A DNA stretch of 20,000 nucleotides, from contig RSEE01000140.1 in assembly GCA_003971905.1 (NCBI GenBank), positions 121,578 through 141,577 on the forward strand, given 5' to 3'. Below the pieces are notes generated by a model. That model searched no databases. It was not told where the DNA came from and was given only the letters and a program-made list of their open reading frames with translations. Source of the DNA: Moniliella sp. 'wahieum' (Eukaryota). Of this stretch, positions 10,247 to 20,000 are shown piece by piece. Within the stretch, counting starts at the first letter, position 1, and every line of letters starts with the position of its first letter. Made by a program: the position numbers and the translations under genes.

Positions 10247-11836
10247 TCATGACCTGTGGTTCCACTGGCACGAGAAGGGAGTACTGGCCTCGTTGTGACG
10301 GTATGTGTCCCGCAGCTGACCACCGAGCCATACATCCCTCCGACAAAGAAGAAGAATCCAAGAAGAATAAGGAAAGTGTTGAGGATGCTCAGTGCGATGT
10401 TCTTGGCCGAGCTGTTCCAGGCGCCTTCGCGCAAGAGGTAGAACCAAATGAAGCCTGGCAAATAGAACGAGAAGCCGGACACACAAATGGCAGAGATGAT
10501 GCTAAGAATGAGGCTGAATGCCGGGATGGCCTCAGCAACCACCCAGCCAATCACGGTCAAGCCAAATACAATCGCCACCCACGCCCCAATTCCAAGAGGG
10601 GTGGAGATGTACTTGTGAGGCGTGTTTTTGAAGATGCGGTGATGCACATAACGGGCAGCTGCAACCGTGTTGATCGAGCCCGACACAAAGATGACGACCA
10701 AAGCAATACCAAATCCGACCGACGAACAGTGTGGCTAGATGCCAGAAGCGCAGGGGAAGGCACCCCCTTGCCCACAAGGCGTAAATCAAGGCGCCAGTCA
10801 GAATGTAGATGATCCACTCCGCTGCCATCAGCAACGAAACCGACTAGCAGAGGCACCCGGGTCAGTATCCTGTGGCTAATGGAGGTAATGCCAAATCAGG
10901 GGAAGGGGATGTTCATGTACCTTCATGTAGTCTTTACGGTTCTTGAGTTCGGTTTGGAACGAGGGTTGGTTGACTACAAAACTGAAGGCAAAGGCGATGT
11001 TGACAACCGCACAATGACTTCAGAAAATGGAGGGCTTGGGTTGGTCGGGGCGCCGACCCAGATATCAATTCCCTTACCACCGTGGGAAGACACACCTGGT
11101 GTGGAGCAAAAACGAGATCAGTAATGAGATATACACTAGGACGCTGAATGAGTTTGGGAGAGGAAGAAAAGTACCAGTAGCAATGATGGTAATCAAGATG
11201 CTGGTGATGATGCTGATAAAGTCGGCCACGCCAAGCCAGGATTGCTCAGAAAAGGATCGGGGCAGGGCGAGGATAAACAAGACGATGGCAGAGACACCAG
11301 ACCAGAGAAGGTTGCACCCCCGCTGATCGGAAATTGTCTCCAATGCAATGGCGCCCGTGAGAGCGTGGCTACCGTTGGCGAGCGTTAGGAAGACGACGAA
11401 GGCAATTCCGCACAGCTCACCGCCCCAGGCCCCCACATAAGGGCAACCAGATCATTGTAAGAGACCACACGGTCAGCATATTTGTTGCTGGCCGCGCCCA
11501 CAACATAGGCGGTGTAGAGGGTGAGGAGCCCAACGACAAAGGTGATAATCACACCGGCTACCATGCCGACCGTGTCGTAGGATGCTGGGAGGGACAAACT
11601 GCCAAGCGCAACCGCCTCGACGAGCAAGAGCAAGCCCAGTTGAAACCAGGACAACTTTTTGTATTTGGCAGAATCAGCATTGTTCGGGTCAAAAAAGGCC
11701 TCCTCAATGGTCTGGTCCGGGTGGCCTTCTCCTTGGCGTGGCTGTAGCCGTTCTTGCTTGAGATGGATGTTTGATCGTAGCCTGCGCTTGGGCTGTGATC
11801 GGAGAACTTATCCGAATGAGGACTGTAGACCGACAT
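10247..11836 (-). CDS. Amino acid permease, AAAP/Aa_trans family (Neurospora Mtr-like neutral amino acid transporter); two introns
   Basis: From ATG 11836 (MSVYSPHSDK..): SWFQLGLLLLVEAVALGSLSLPASYDTVGMVAGVI, LANGSHALTGAIAL, SWLGVADFISI, NIAFAFSF..QPSFQTELKNRKDYMK, VIFVSGSINTVAAARYV, WVVAEAIPAFSLILSIISAICVSGFSFYLPGFIWF, GMYGSV..STPFSC. Introns 11096-11174 (GTACTT..CTGAT..CAG) and 10844-10920 (GTACAT..CTGAC..TAG). Confidence 0.9.
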
Positions 11837-13240
11837 GGGAAAAGTGTGGGCGGAAATGTGCACGAGATGGAGTGATGTGGACGGTAAATGGGCGAAGGTT
11901 CTTGTTGAAGCTTGGTGCGAAGGGGGCTAGGGAGAAGCTTCAAGGTTCGAGAGTGGGCGTCGGGCCACGGAGGAAAGCACACGGCACACAAGTGAAGATC
12001 TTGTGCGAATTGGCTGCTTGCTGGGTCGGGCAAAGCGGTAGAGGGACGAGAGTAGGGTGCGGGTGTTTGAAGCGGGAAAGAACAAAAGAGGTGTGGAGTC
12101 GGGGGGATATTGCCTCTTATAAATAAACCCGCGTCAGAGAGAATTTTGGGAGGCCCGCCACGCACACTCCTGCTCAGAGACAGAGGAGGCAAGAGGCAGA
12201 AGGCACTATAGTTTTGGCGTGTGGCTGTGGGATTAGGGAGGCGACTGGACAGTGCACGGATGAAAAGGCGGTCTCACGCAGCGCGCACGCAATCTTACCC
12301 AAACCACAGCAGGCAGATGCCGGCTGTAAGCGCTACGATCTAACAGGGCCTCAGGCCTCACGAGTGCCTCACGGCATGTGCTGACACCTGGCAGGCCTGG
12401 GCGCTGCTGGCTGGTGGTTCCTGGTCCCGCCGCTTCGGCAAAATAGCTCGCACCACGGGACAAACGGATACGAGGCTGGATGCGGGGGCACAGGCGCCGT
12501 GCCTGCTGCCGGAGGTTCAGCGCCTTGTGGGAGAGGAGGAGTGTGGCCAGTGTGGTGAGACCGGTGACCGGTGACACCAATCATTAATCATCGATGATCA
12601 ATTTTTGTTTTCTCTTTTTCGCTCGACACAGTAGAGTCACCAAGCCGCCTTTCCCCCCTTCGGCCTTAGAGCGTGTCTGCGCCGATGGATCTACTGTCCA
12701 TGTCCCCGCGCATCAATCAAAGGCACCGAGACGGCGCTGCTGGCAGACGCTTGAACTTCAGCTTCAAGCCCCGCCCATCCTATACTTACTGCACCCAACG
12801 CCATAGCCCCCCTGCGGTATATGACCACACCCACACCCACTACTGCCATGATGCCAGCCATGCCATCTGGACGAATCTTGCGCGGCGAATTCATCCCAAG
12901 TAGTGTGGAGCGCGGTGCCTCAGACTTCAAGGGGCCATATATTTCTTACCGAGTCGCATCCTACTACTTTTACGAAGCTTTTGTGGAGACAGGGTTAAAA
13001 CTCGTGTAAAGCCCAGCAATAATCAACTTGCCATATGTGGATGCAGGTTTGCCCATAGGTACGAAATGCCCACCGAGGGAGTGTGATGTGATCGGTACAC
13101 CAACCGAATGTACAGTCTTGTGTGCAGCACAGGACTGGGGGGCGGGGTCAACGTGTCACATGTCAGTCAACTTTGGGGGAGAAACGAGCACGTCATTTGT
13201 TGGAGCAAGACACGAAACGTCCTCCAACCTACCTACGTCC

Positions 13241-13371
13241 TGAGATCTGAGATCTGAGAGTCCCTGAGGCCTGAGGCCTCCTGGGGCTGAAGCCGCCATA
13301 CTGCGGCCAGAAGCCCGAGACCCTGAGACCTAAGAGGCTGATGAGGCGCGAGGCACTGAGGGGTCCTCAGT
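13241..13371. repeat. Low-complexity cluster of CTGAG(A/G) units ending in a 7-bp hairpin
   Basis: CTGAGAT CTGAGAT CTGAGAG, CCTGAGG CCTGAGG, CCCGAGA CCCTGAGA, then ACTGAGG-GGT-CCTCAGT (13355-13371). Confidence 0.7.
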
Positions 13372-13920
13372 TTTGGCGCATTAGGGGCGGCCTCCGCCTG
13401 AGCAGGCCTCCTGGTCGGTCACACGCGGGTCACGTCGACCTGAAGGCCTGAACGTCAGCTTGAACTCTCTAGAGCTTGAACCTGGACAAGCCACAGCAGC
13501 AGGCCAAAGCCACGTGCTGCGCTGCATTATTGGGCAGATCACGGAATGACAAGTGCTCGGCTTATTGCGCAGCGTCTGACGTTTGTTAACGTTTTGAACG
13601 GTCGTATACTGTTTTGGACCTGTCCATGCATAGTGCAAAACGTATCGGCGCTACCTGCGCCAGGGGCGCACAGCCAGTGGTAGCCACGGCCCATCGTCAA
13701 TTGCCCGGCACGCGTAGGACACTCTCTAGCCCCAGGGGCAAACCGTAGGTAGTAACGCTGGCGGAGAACGGGATGAGATGACATTCACCGCCACGAAAAA
13801 AACTGGATCACCCATTCTGGGTCGCGAGGCGGAAGCGGCGAGGGCAGATTCCGCTGCCACGTTGCGTCATGGGTGGCAGCGGCGATACGCATTCAGGCCG
13901 CCCAGCCGCCGCCATCCGCC

Positions 13921-14288
13921 ATGTCCTCGACGGCTGCACGCACGTACGAGCAGCAGAACGACGCTGCCCTGGGCGCCCTCCACTCCCAGGTGCGCAATCT
14001 GGTGCGTATCCTCCACTCCTCTGCGCTGCTCCGCGCGGCGCTGCTCCCTGACCACGCCGCCCCCACCCTCGCTCCAGCACGCGGTCACCGTCGACATCCA
14101 CGCCGATGCCGAGGCCCAGCGCACCTCGCTCCTTCCTGGGGCCGAGCGCGCGCTCGATGGCCTCGGCCAGCCTGCAGCGCTCCTCGACCAGTCTTACCCA
14201 AAAGGTGGTCAATCTGCAGGGCTGGCGCCTCACGTTGACCGTCATGGCCAGCGTCATCTTGCTCTGGTTGGTTTGGCGCCTGGTGTGA
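13921..14288 (+). CDS. Small tail-anchored Qc-SNARE, Bet1/Sft1(GS15)-like; one intron 14002-14077
   Basis: Exon 1 MSSTAARTYEQQNDAALGALHSQVRNL; intron GTGCGT..CCTGAC..CAG; exon 2 HAVTVDIHADAEAQ..ERALDG, frameshift near 14165, then SLQRSSTSLTQKVV..WRLTLTVMASVILLWLVWRLV* (C-terminal transmembrane anchor). E.QND..L..LHS.V..L..VT.DI..D...Q is the Bet1/Sft1-type SNARE pattern. Confidence 0.8.
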
Positions 14289-14458
14289 GCCCAGCGACGA
14301 CGATCCCTCGCATGCTGCGTCTTGTTGTGCAACGATGATATACGATACCCTTGACTATCTGCTAGGTCTGTCCTGTCCTGGTCCAATGTACTGGGGAAAG
14401 GAGGATGGATGAAGGAGGGAAAAACTAAACCAGTAGCCACAGCGGTGGGACCACGACG

Positions 14459-16601
14459 TCAAACCGAGAGCTTAGCCAGCTGCTCCTTGAGCTGCAGCAA
14501 CTCTTGGACGCTGGCCTCGACAGCCGCCTGCTTGGAGTCATCCGCTTTGGCTGCCGCCTTAGCCTCGCGCACGGCCACGCCCTGTGCTTCAATCTTGGCC
14601 GCAACGCCTTGGCTTCGGGAGTGTTGGGGATCTTGGCCGCCGCCGCCGCCTCTGCTTCCTTTTTGGCCTTTTTCGCAAGCTTGGCTGCTTGTGATTTACT
14701 CAGAGCCGGTTTGGCCGTCTCTCCTTGGCTTGGCTCCGCCAAACTGGGTCCGCCACACCTCTTCCATTTTGGGATCGATGGGCTTGAAAAGGTGCTTAGG
14801 CTTGCCGATGGTGTCGGCCAGTAGCTCTGGCGGGGCCCAATGGCCGACCACCCTTCTGTCCGGCCTCTGGGGGAAGGGTAGAGCCCGCGGTGGTGCGTTG
14901 AGCTGAACCAAATGTCATTGGCGTCGACGGCATAAAGGGCGCAACGACGGCACTGAGAAGGTAGATGAGGCTGACTGTCGCATGAACCACGGCGTTGCAC
15001 GTGGTGGGATGCTCGACAAACAGCGCCTTGGTCAGCTTGGACTCGGTTAAAAACAGGTTGCCCCGGGCCGAGATGGCCATTGCGGTTTGAAGCCCAGCGC
15101 GCAACCGGGCCGCCTCCATATGGTCCGCATACTGGCCCAGTAGCACATTGACGTCCTTGACCAGCGCCGCGTAGAGCGCGTGTCCTTCGGTCTTGGCATC
15201 GGTAGCTCGGCTGGAACGGGAGGCAAGATCCCTTGGTAGTTCTTGGCACAAATCAGAACGCGGTTGACAAAGTTGCCCAGATTGGCCAAGAGTTCATTGT
15301 TGTTGCGCGCAATAAACTCGGCCCAGGAGAACTGGAATCCGCCGTTTCAGGCCGGTTGGCCAAGAGATAGTACCGCCATACGCTGGCCGGTACCCCTGTC
15401 TCGGCCGCCTTATCACCAAATACTCCAACGTTGCGGCTCTTGCTGAACTTGCCTCCTTCGTACTGGAGGTACTCGGTTGTGCTGATCTGTTGCAGTTTGG
15501 TCCACTTGTCCTTGGTGCCAATCAACGTCGAGGGGAAGATGACAGTATGGAAGCGAACATTGTCCTTTCCCATAAACTGGTACAGCGACACTTGCTCCGG
15601 GCTCTTCCACCACGCTCCCATACCTCGGCGCATAGTTGGCCGTGATGGATGGATAGCCAATCGGTGCATCGTACCACACGTAAAATACCTTGTCCTCGTA
15701 CCCGGGCAATGGCACCTTCACCCCCCACTTGAGATCACGCGTCAGACTAAACGGTCGCAGGCCTTCCTTAAACCAGCTCTCGGTAATGTGGACAGAGTTG
15801 CTGCTCCAGCTTCCTTCGACGGCCGCTTGGCGCGCCCACGTCTCGGTCGCTGGTTGGAGCAAGTCGATGCGGAGAAAGATATGTTTGGTCTCTTTGGGAG
15901 CTGGGGTCGAGTTGCACGTCTTGCACCGCGGATGCTTCAGCTCCATCGCATCGTACAAGGAGCCACACTTGTCGCACTGATCGCCACGTGCATCTTCGTA
16001 ACCACACTTGGGACAAATTCCCTCCACGTAACGGTCTGCCAGGAAGCGCTGGTCCTTGTCGCAGTACAGTTGGGTGATGGTGCGCTCCTCGACAAAGCCA
16101 TTGGCATGGAGCTTGAGAAAGATGTCTTGGGCAATTTTCGTTTGCCACTCGGTCGTGGTGCGACCAAAATAGTCAAACCCAATATCAAACCAGTCGTAGG
16201 CAATCTTATGAAGGGCGTGGTACTTGTCCACCAGCTCCTGTGGCGTCACACCATCTTCCAATGCTTGGTTTCGGTCGCCGTACCGTACTCGTCCGTGCCA
16301 CAAATGTACAACGTGTTGCGGTTGCGCGAGCGGCTGTAACGAGCATACACATCCGCACTCAACGTCGATCCAATGATGTTGCCGAGATGGGGCACATTGT
16401 TGACATAGGGAAGGGCGGAGGTGATGAGCACATTGCGCTCGGCATCGCTGCGCTCCGCCAAGGGCACCGAGGAGAGGGTGGGAGAGATCTGGGTGGCGCA
16501 GACTGGGCCGTATACTTGGCTGGTGCGACGGAAGGCGCCACGTGCTGGGGACCAGAAGGTGTGGGGGACGTGGGAAACGGGCTGGCGGAGAGAGAGCCCA
16601 T
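14459..16601 (-). CDS. MES1: Methionyl-tRNA synthetase, cytosolic type; apparently intronless; frameshifted in this sequence
   Basis: [22 protein letters not shown] (HIGH motif), [14 protein letters not shown], zinc knuckles [18 protein letters not shown] and [68 protein letters not shown] (KMSKS-type), [10 protein letters not shown]; ends EQLAKLSV* at 14459. Start ATG 16601 (MGSLSAS..) is inferred. Confidence 0.97.
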
Positions 16602-17556
16602 CGCGGCTGACGAGTAGAGAGGGGCGGTGGTGGTGTGGGTCGCTGCCTTTGGCGCGCAACCCGGCTTGGGACTTGGATTTGTGCACTTGTGACTCACAAC
16701 TCAATACTGCCCCGGAAATCATAATCAATTGACGCAGGCAACGAACGTGCACAGTTTCAAATTTGACCCCGTTATAGTATCCGGCGGGTTGCGAAACGTT
16801 GCACGCCATTGGATTTTGGAATGGTCGCGGAGGCTCCACACAGCAGACACGAGGTGGAATAACGAGAAGGGGCAGCTGGCTGACTATGCAGATCGTTCTC
16901 CCTCGTTCCATATGGTGGCCTTTACTGCTTCCCATCGAATTTCGCTGTCCGGTTTGTGCACACATGTGACGCTACGCAAAGGCCAACCCTTGGAAGAATA
17001 TATATGCGGGGGTTGTGGAGAGTGCATTTCCCCAATACTACATAGGCTCGTTCCAGGACTTGAGGCTTGGTCTCTTGACTGAAGTCGAATGTTGAGGGTC
17101 ATCAATTGATCCAAGCGCAACCATTGGACTCTCATTCAAGCAGTATCTTGTTTGTGACGTCGGAGGGTGGATAAGGAGAATAGGCAAACTCGCTCGTTCA
17201 TTCCTGTCCAATCTCGGTTAGCAGTTCACAGTTCAGACGTTTAGACAATCCTTTTGGTTCTGTGAAATATACTTCTCCTTGCCCTACAAACAAAAAGGAG
17301 CGGCAAAGAGAGCGTGTGTGGGGCGCCACACTACACGCTGACACTGTATAACGACAAAAGCCCCGCGGGTTCTCCTGTCAATCGAGGAAAGCATACGAAA
17401 CGTATAGACAATGTATTGGTACAGCTTCCATATCCCAGATGGACAAGGAACGAGAGAACGAATAAAAGGGGGGGACATTCGCTTATACAATTCCCAAGGC
17501 TCACCTCACTTCTCCTTCTTGTCCGCAACAGGAGAGGTCTTCAACCAGGCCGCTTT

Positions 17557-19355
17557 CTATTCATGCTTAGGGCTCGACAATCTGTCTTCACTGAGCCGGC
17601 CCGCCGTACTCTTCGTCGCCTCGTCTTGGTGCTTCCGCACCATCTCCAGCATCACCATTGCGTCGTGCGCCGTATCCCGTTCTACGGGCACGGTCGTGTC
17701 TTGCACTGTAGACGGCATAATCCCATGTTGGTCCTCATCCCACCACACCCCAACAAAGTGGAGTCGGGACATCGAGACCCCGCGACGTCCGTGTCGACGG
17801 TTGGGCACAAGCCCATTGCTACAACTTCTTCAGGGAGTTAGTTTCAGTACCAAAAGGGGGATTGCGCCGTGCCACTGGCAAGCGACGCAGCCTGCTTCAC
17901 GATAGGCGTCTGCGGGGGGATCGCCATGGTTGGTCGGGGAGTGGCAAGGGTCGATCTCTCCCCCTCAAGTCCTCGTGCAGCTTGCACCACAATTGGAGTT
18001 TGTGGGGGCAGCAATGGTCGGACGTGGTACGGAATCAGCTTTAACCACGGTGGACTGAAGTGGGGTGCAACTTGATGTGCCGCACACGCAGTAGATGCAT
18101 TTGTTTTGGACCTCTGCGTAGGCGATACCACATGGGGTCTGGGGGGTAACGCCATAGTGGGACGGATGCGGCTTGTTGACTGAATGTCTCTGGCTCGGCT
18201 TTGGGGTCTCGCGCGCGTTGCACACACAGGTGTTTGCGGTGGGATAGCCGTGGTGGGACGCGGCGTAGTAGGGGCTTGATACATGGTGACAGGAGGTTGA
18301 TTGGCATTAGTCCCTGTCTTCTTCACAGCCGGACTAGGACTGGGTGCAAAAGGGAGTGTTGTACCGCTGGCTTTGTTGGCATCGGTCGCTGCAACTGTCA
18401 CGGGGCGAGGGAGAACGCGGGGACAGAAGGGTCGCGGCACGACATCAGGTTCAGATCCAGAGCCTTTCTCGGACTCTTTCTCTGTCTGGGCTTTGTCCCT
18501 CATCTCGTTGCTCCGACTGAGCACGATGGGAGCAGATGGGGGCAACGCAATGGTAGGTCCACAGGTTTGGTGACTCTCTCCTCCGTCACCCGTTTATCTG
18601 GAACAGAAACAGGGTGAGTGCTTAGGTCTGTGGAAGAGCTGAAGGGCGTAATGAACGTACACACGGGGAAAAGGGTGACCTTCTTTATTGCCATGGCGAT
18701 CGACCACCGCGACCGATGCCGATACGCAGGGCGATCCATCAGGCGAAACCAGGCAGAAACGGCTCCGAGAATCTTTGGGTTGCCATACAAGCCTGAGGCG
18801 GAGGTGTGGCACAGTGGAAAGTACAAAAAAGTCAGTTCTGAGCAATGCTTAGGGTGGCAGGCAGGTGGATAAGTACAAGGAGAAGAGAGTTGGATATCAC
18901 CAGCAATGGGTAAATTGGAAGGCGAGGTAACGTATTGTTGCGAAGGCGCTGTCGGCGTGGGGTCGGCAGCTGCGGTTGACCCTACAGCAGAGGAAAGAGA
19001 GTACGGACTGGTTGTTGGTTTGGGCTTGGAGGAGGGAGTGGGTGTAGTGGCGAGCGGCGAGATTAGCTTCGTGCTGGACGCGTTTAACTTGGTTTTCGGC
19101 TTGAGCACGGAACATTCGTTCGGCATTGTTTGCTGTGCAGGAGATCCGTGGCACGGGTGCGAGCGGCCAGCACACGACGTAGACGGCGTGGCGCAGAGGC
19201 ACGGCCGATAAGAAGGGTGGCAAGGCGGTAGCGCCGGCAGCGGTGGCGAGGAGGAGGGTGAGGGTGGCGCCGAGGGCGGGGTGGGCGACGGGCGCAGCTG
19301 GTGGGCGACGGACTGGGCCCAGGAGCGATGCAAGCGACGGAGCCAGCGGGGGCAT
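17557..19355 (-). CDS. Hypothetical protein: ordered Cys/His-containing N-terminal domain followed by a Pro/Thr-rich repetitive region; probable intron 18598-18660; 3' end uncertain
   Basis: Overlapping minus-strand ORFs 18897-19355, 18500-19411, 17844-18545 and 17557-17808 join into one protein-like reading: ALPPFLSAVPLRHAVYVVCWP..ERMFRAQAENQVKRVQHEANLAARHY..SVLSFLCCRV..HADSAFATIRYLAFQFTHCW..PACHPKHCSEL. Candidate intron GTACGT..CAG. No function recognised. Confidence 0.65.
17904..18272 (-). repeat. Four dispersed coding repeats of about 14 aa, consensus TPRPT(M/T/I)A(I/L)PPQTP
   Basis: Copies at about 18225-18272 (PTTPRPTTAIPPQTP), 18131-18172 (RIRPTMALPP, then QTP across an indel), 17991-18034 (SVPRPTIA..PPQTP across an indel) and 17904-17945 (ATPRPTMAIPPQTP). 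Confidence 0.8.
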
Positions 19356-20000
19356 ATGTGAAGGAGGACTGATGGGGGGTGGCGGCGGGGGAGGAGTGTG
19401 GGGGGTTGCATTTGCGGGGGAGAGGGTTTTATACGAATATGAGGATCGGCTTAAACGATAAACGGGGCGGGGTTAGGAGGCAGGTGGGAGCAGGGGGGAT
19501 AAACATATGAACCGTATTCTGCTCCGATCGTGCGGAGGTGGAGGGCATATAGGGAGAGGGCACACAAAACCACGATCACCCTCAGAAAGCGTCCTCCGTC
19601 ATATTCGGCAGCGTAATATATGCGGTAGTAGCCGACCGACCACCCACACAGAGCTGATGCGTATCGCTCGACAGCTATTTTCCCTGCCATCCCATCCCGC
19701 CCGCCACAGGCACTCCCCTCCCGGACCCATCAGTACATCTATTCCGTGCCTCAATTTTGTCATGCCCAGCCTCGTCAGGTACTTCGGTCAGAGTGTGGGG
19801 GCACTCATTTACCCCAGCATATGCTAAGCCATACCATCATCCATCCCCATCATATTATCGCTGATGTGCCGCGTAATCCCGCTCCAGCACGGACCACTGC
19901 CCGTTCTTAGGGCCCCCCTCTGTCCAGACCCAGACAATCCTCTCCTCCTCCCCTGAGGCCTGATGGTCTGATGCCAGACCTGCCAGACCCCGCGTTTCGT

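Noticed and set aside
12600..12607. AATTTTTG Sm-site-like sequence
   Set aside because: No U1/U2/U4/U5 conserved elements nearby; more simply a promoter pyrimidine tract.
13241..13371. Possible CRISPR-like array
   Set aside because: Units are 5-8 nt and irregular, with no constant 23-50 nt repeat or unique spacers, and the context is eukaryotic.
13338..13375. CTGATGAG resembling a hammerhead ribozyme core
   Set aside because: No stem II followed by GAAA and no compatible stems I/III.
15431..16339. 302-aa plus-strand ORF, and other long antisense ORFs such as 4414-5040, 5210-5791, 10249-10812 and 13808-14440
   Set aside because: They are shadows of real genes on the opposite strand in GC-rich, codon-biased DNA and show no recognisable motifs.
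1..16601. Biosynthetic or self-resistance cluster suggested by HMG-CoA reductase, MetRS and a transporter occurring together
   Set aside because: No PKS, NRPS, terpene synthase or tailoring enzyme in the window and the neighbours are unrelated housekeeping genes. Extra genomic copies of HMG1 or MES1 would be needed to reconsider.

Overview
Eukaryotic DNA, most consistent with a gene-dense, intron-poor basidiomycete fungus (inferred from protein motifs and short GT-AG introns with CTGAC-type branch sites). Recognisable genes, left to right: the N-terminal membrane half of HMG-CoA reductase (-, cut by the left edge), 60S protein uL4/RPL4 (+), mitochondrial protease ATP23 (+), an Mto1/ApsB-like gamma-tubulin-complex tethering coiled-coil protein (-), an AAAP/Mtr-type amino acid permease (-), a Bet1/Sft1-like Qc-SNARE (+), cytosolic methionyl-tRNA synthetase with a C-terminal WHEP-like helix pair (-), and an unidentified protein with four PRPTxAxPPQTP-like repeats (-). 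Almost every gene, including essential ones, is broken by small indels. This is best explained by uncorrected long-read error, so coordinates and translations were rebuilt by eye across frames and are approximate. I found no RNA gene, transposon, CRISPR array or convincing new multi-gene system. The most interesting points are the WHEP-tailed, GST-less MetRS, the unidentified repeat protein and a recurring GTCACRTG promoter motif.
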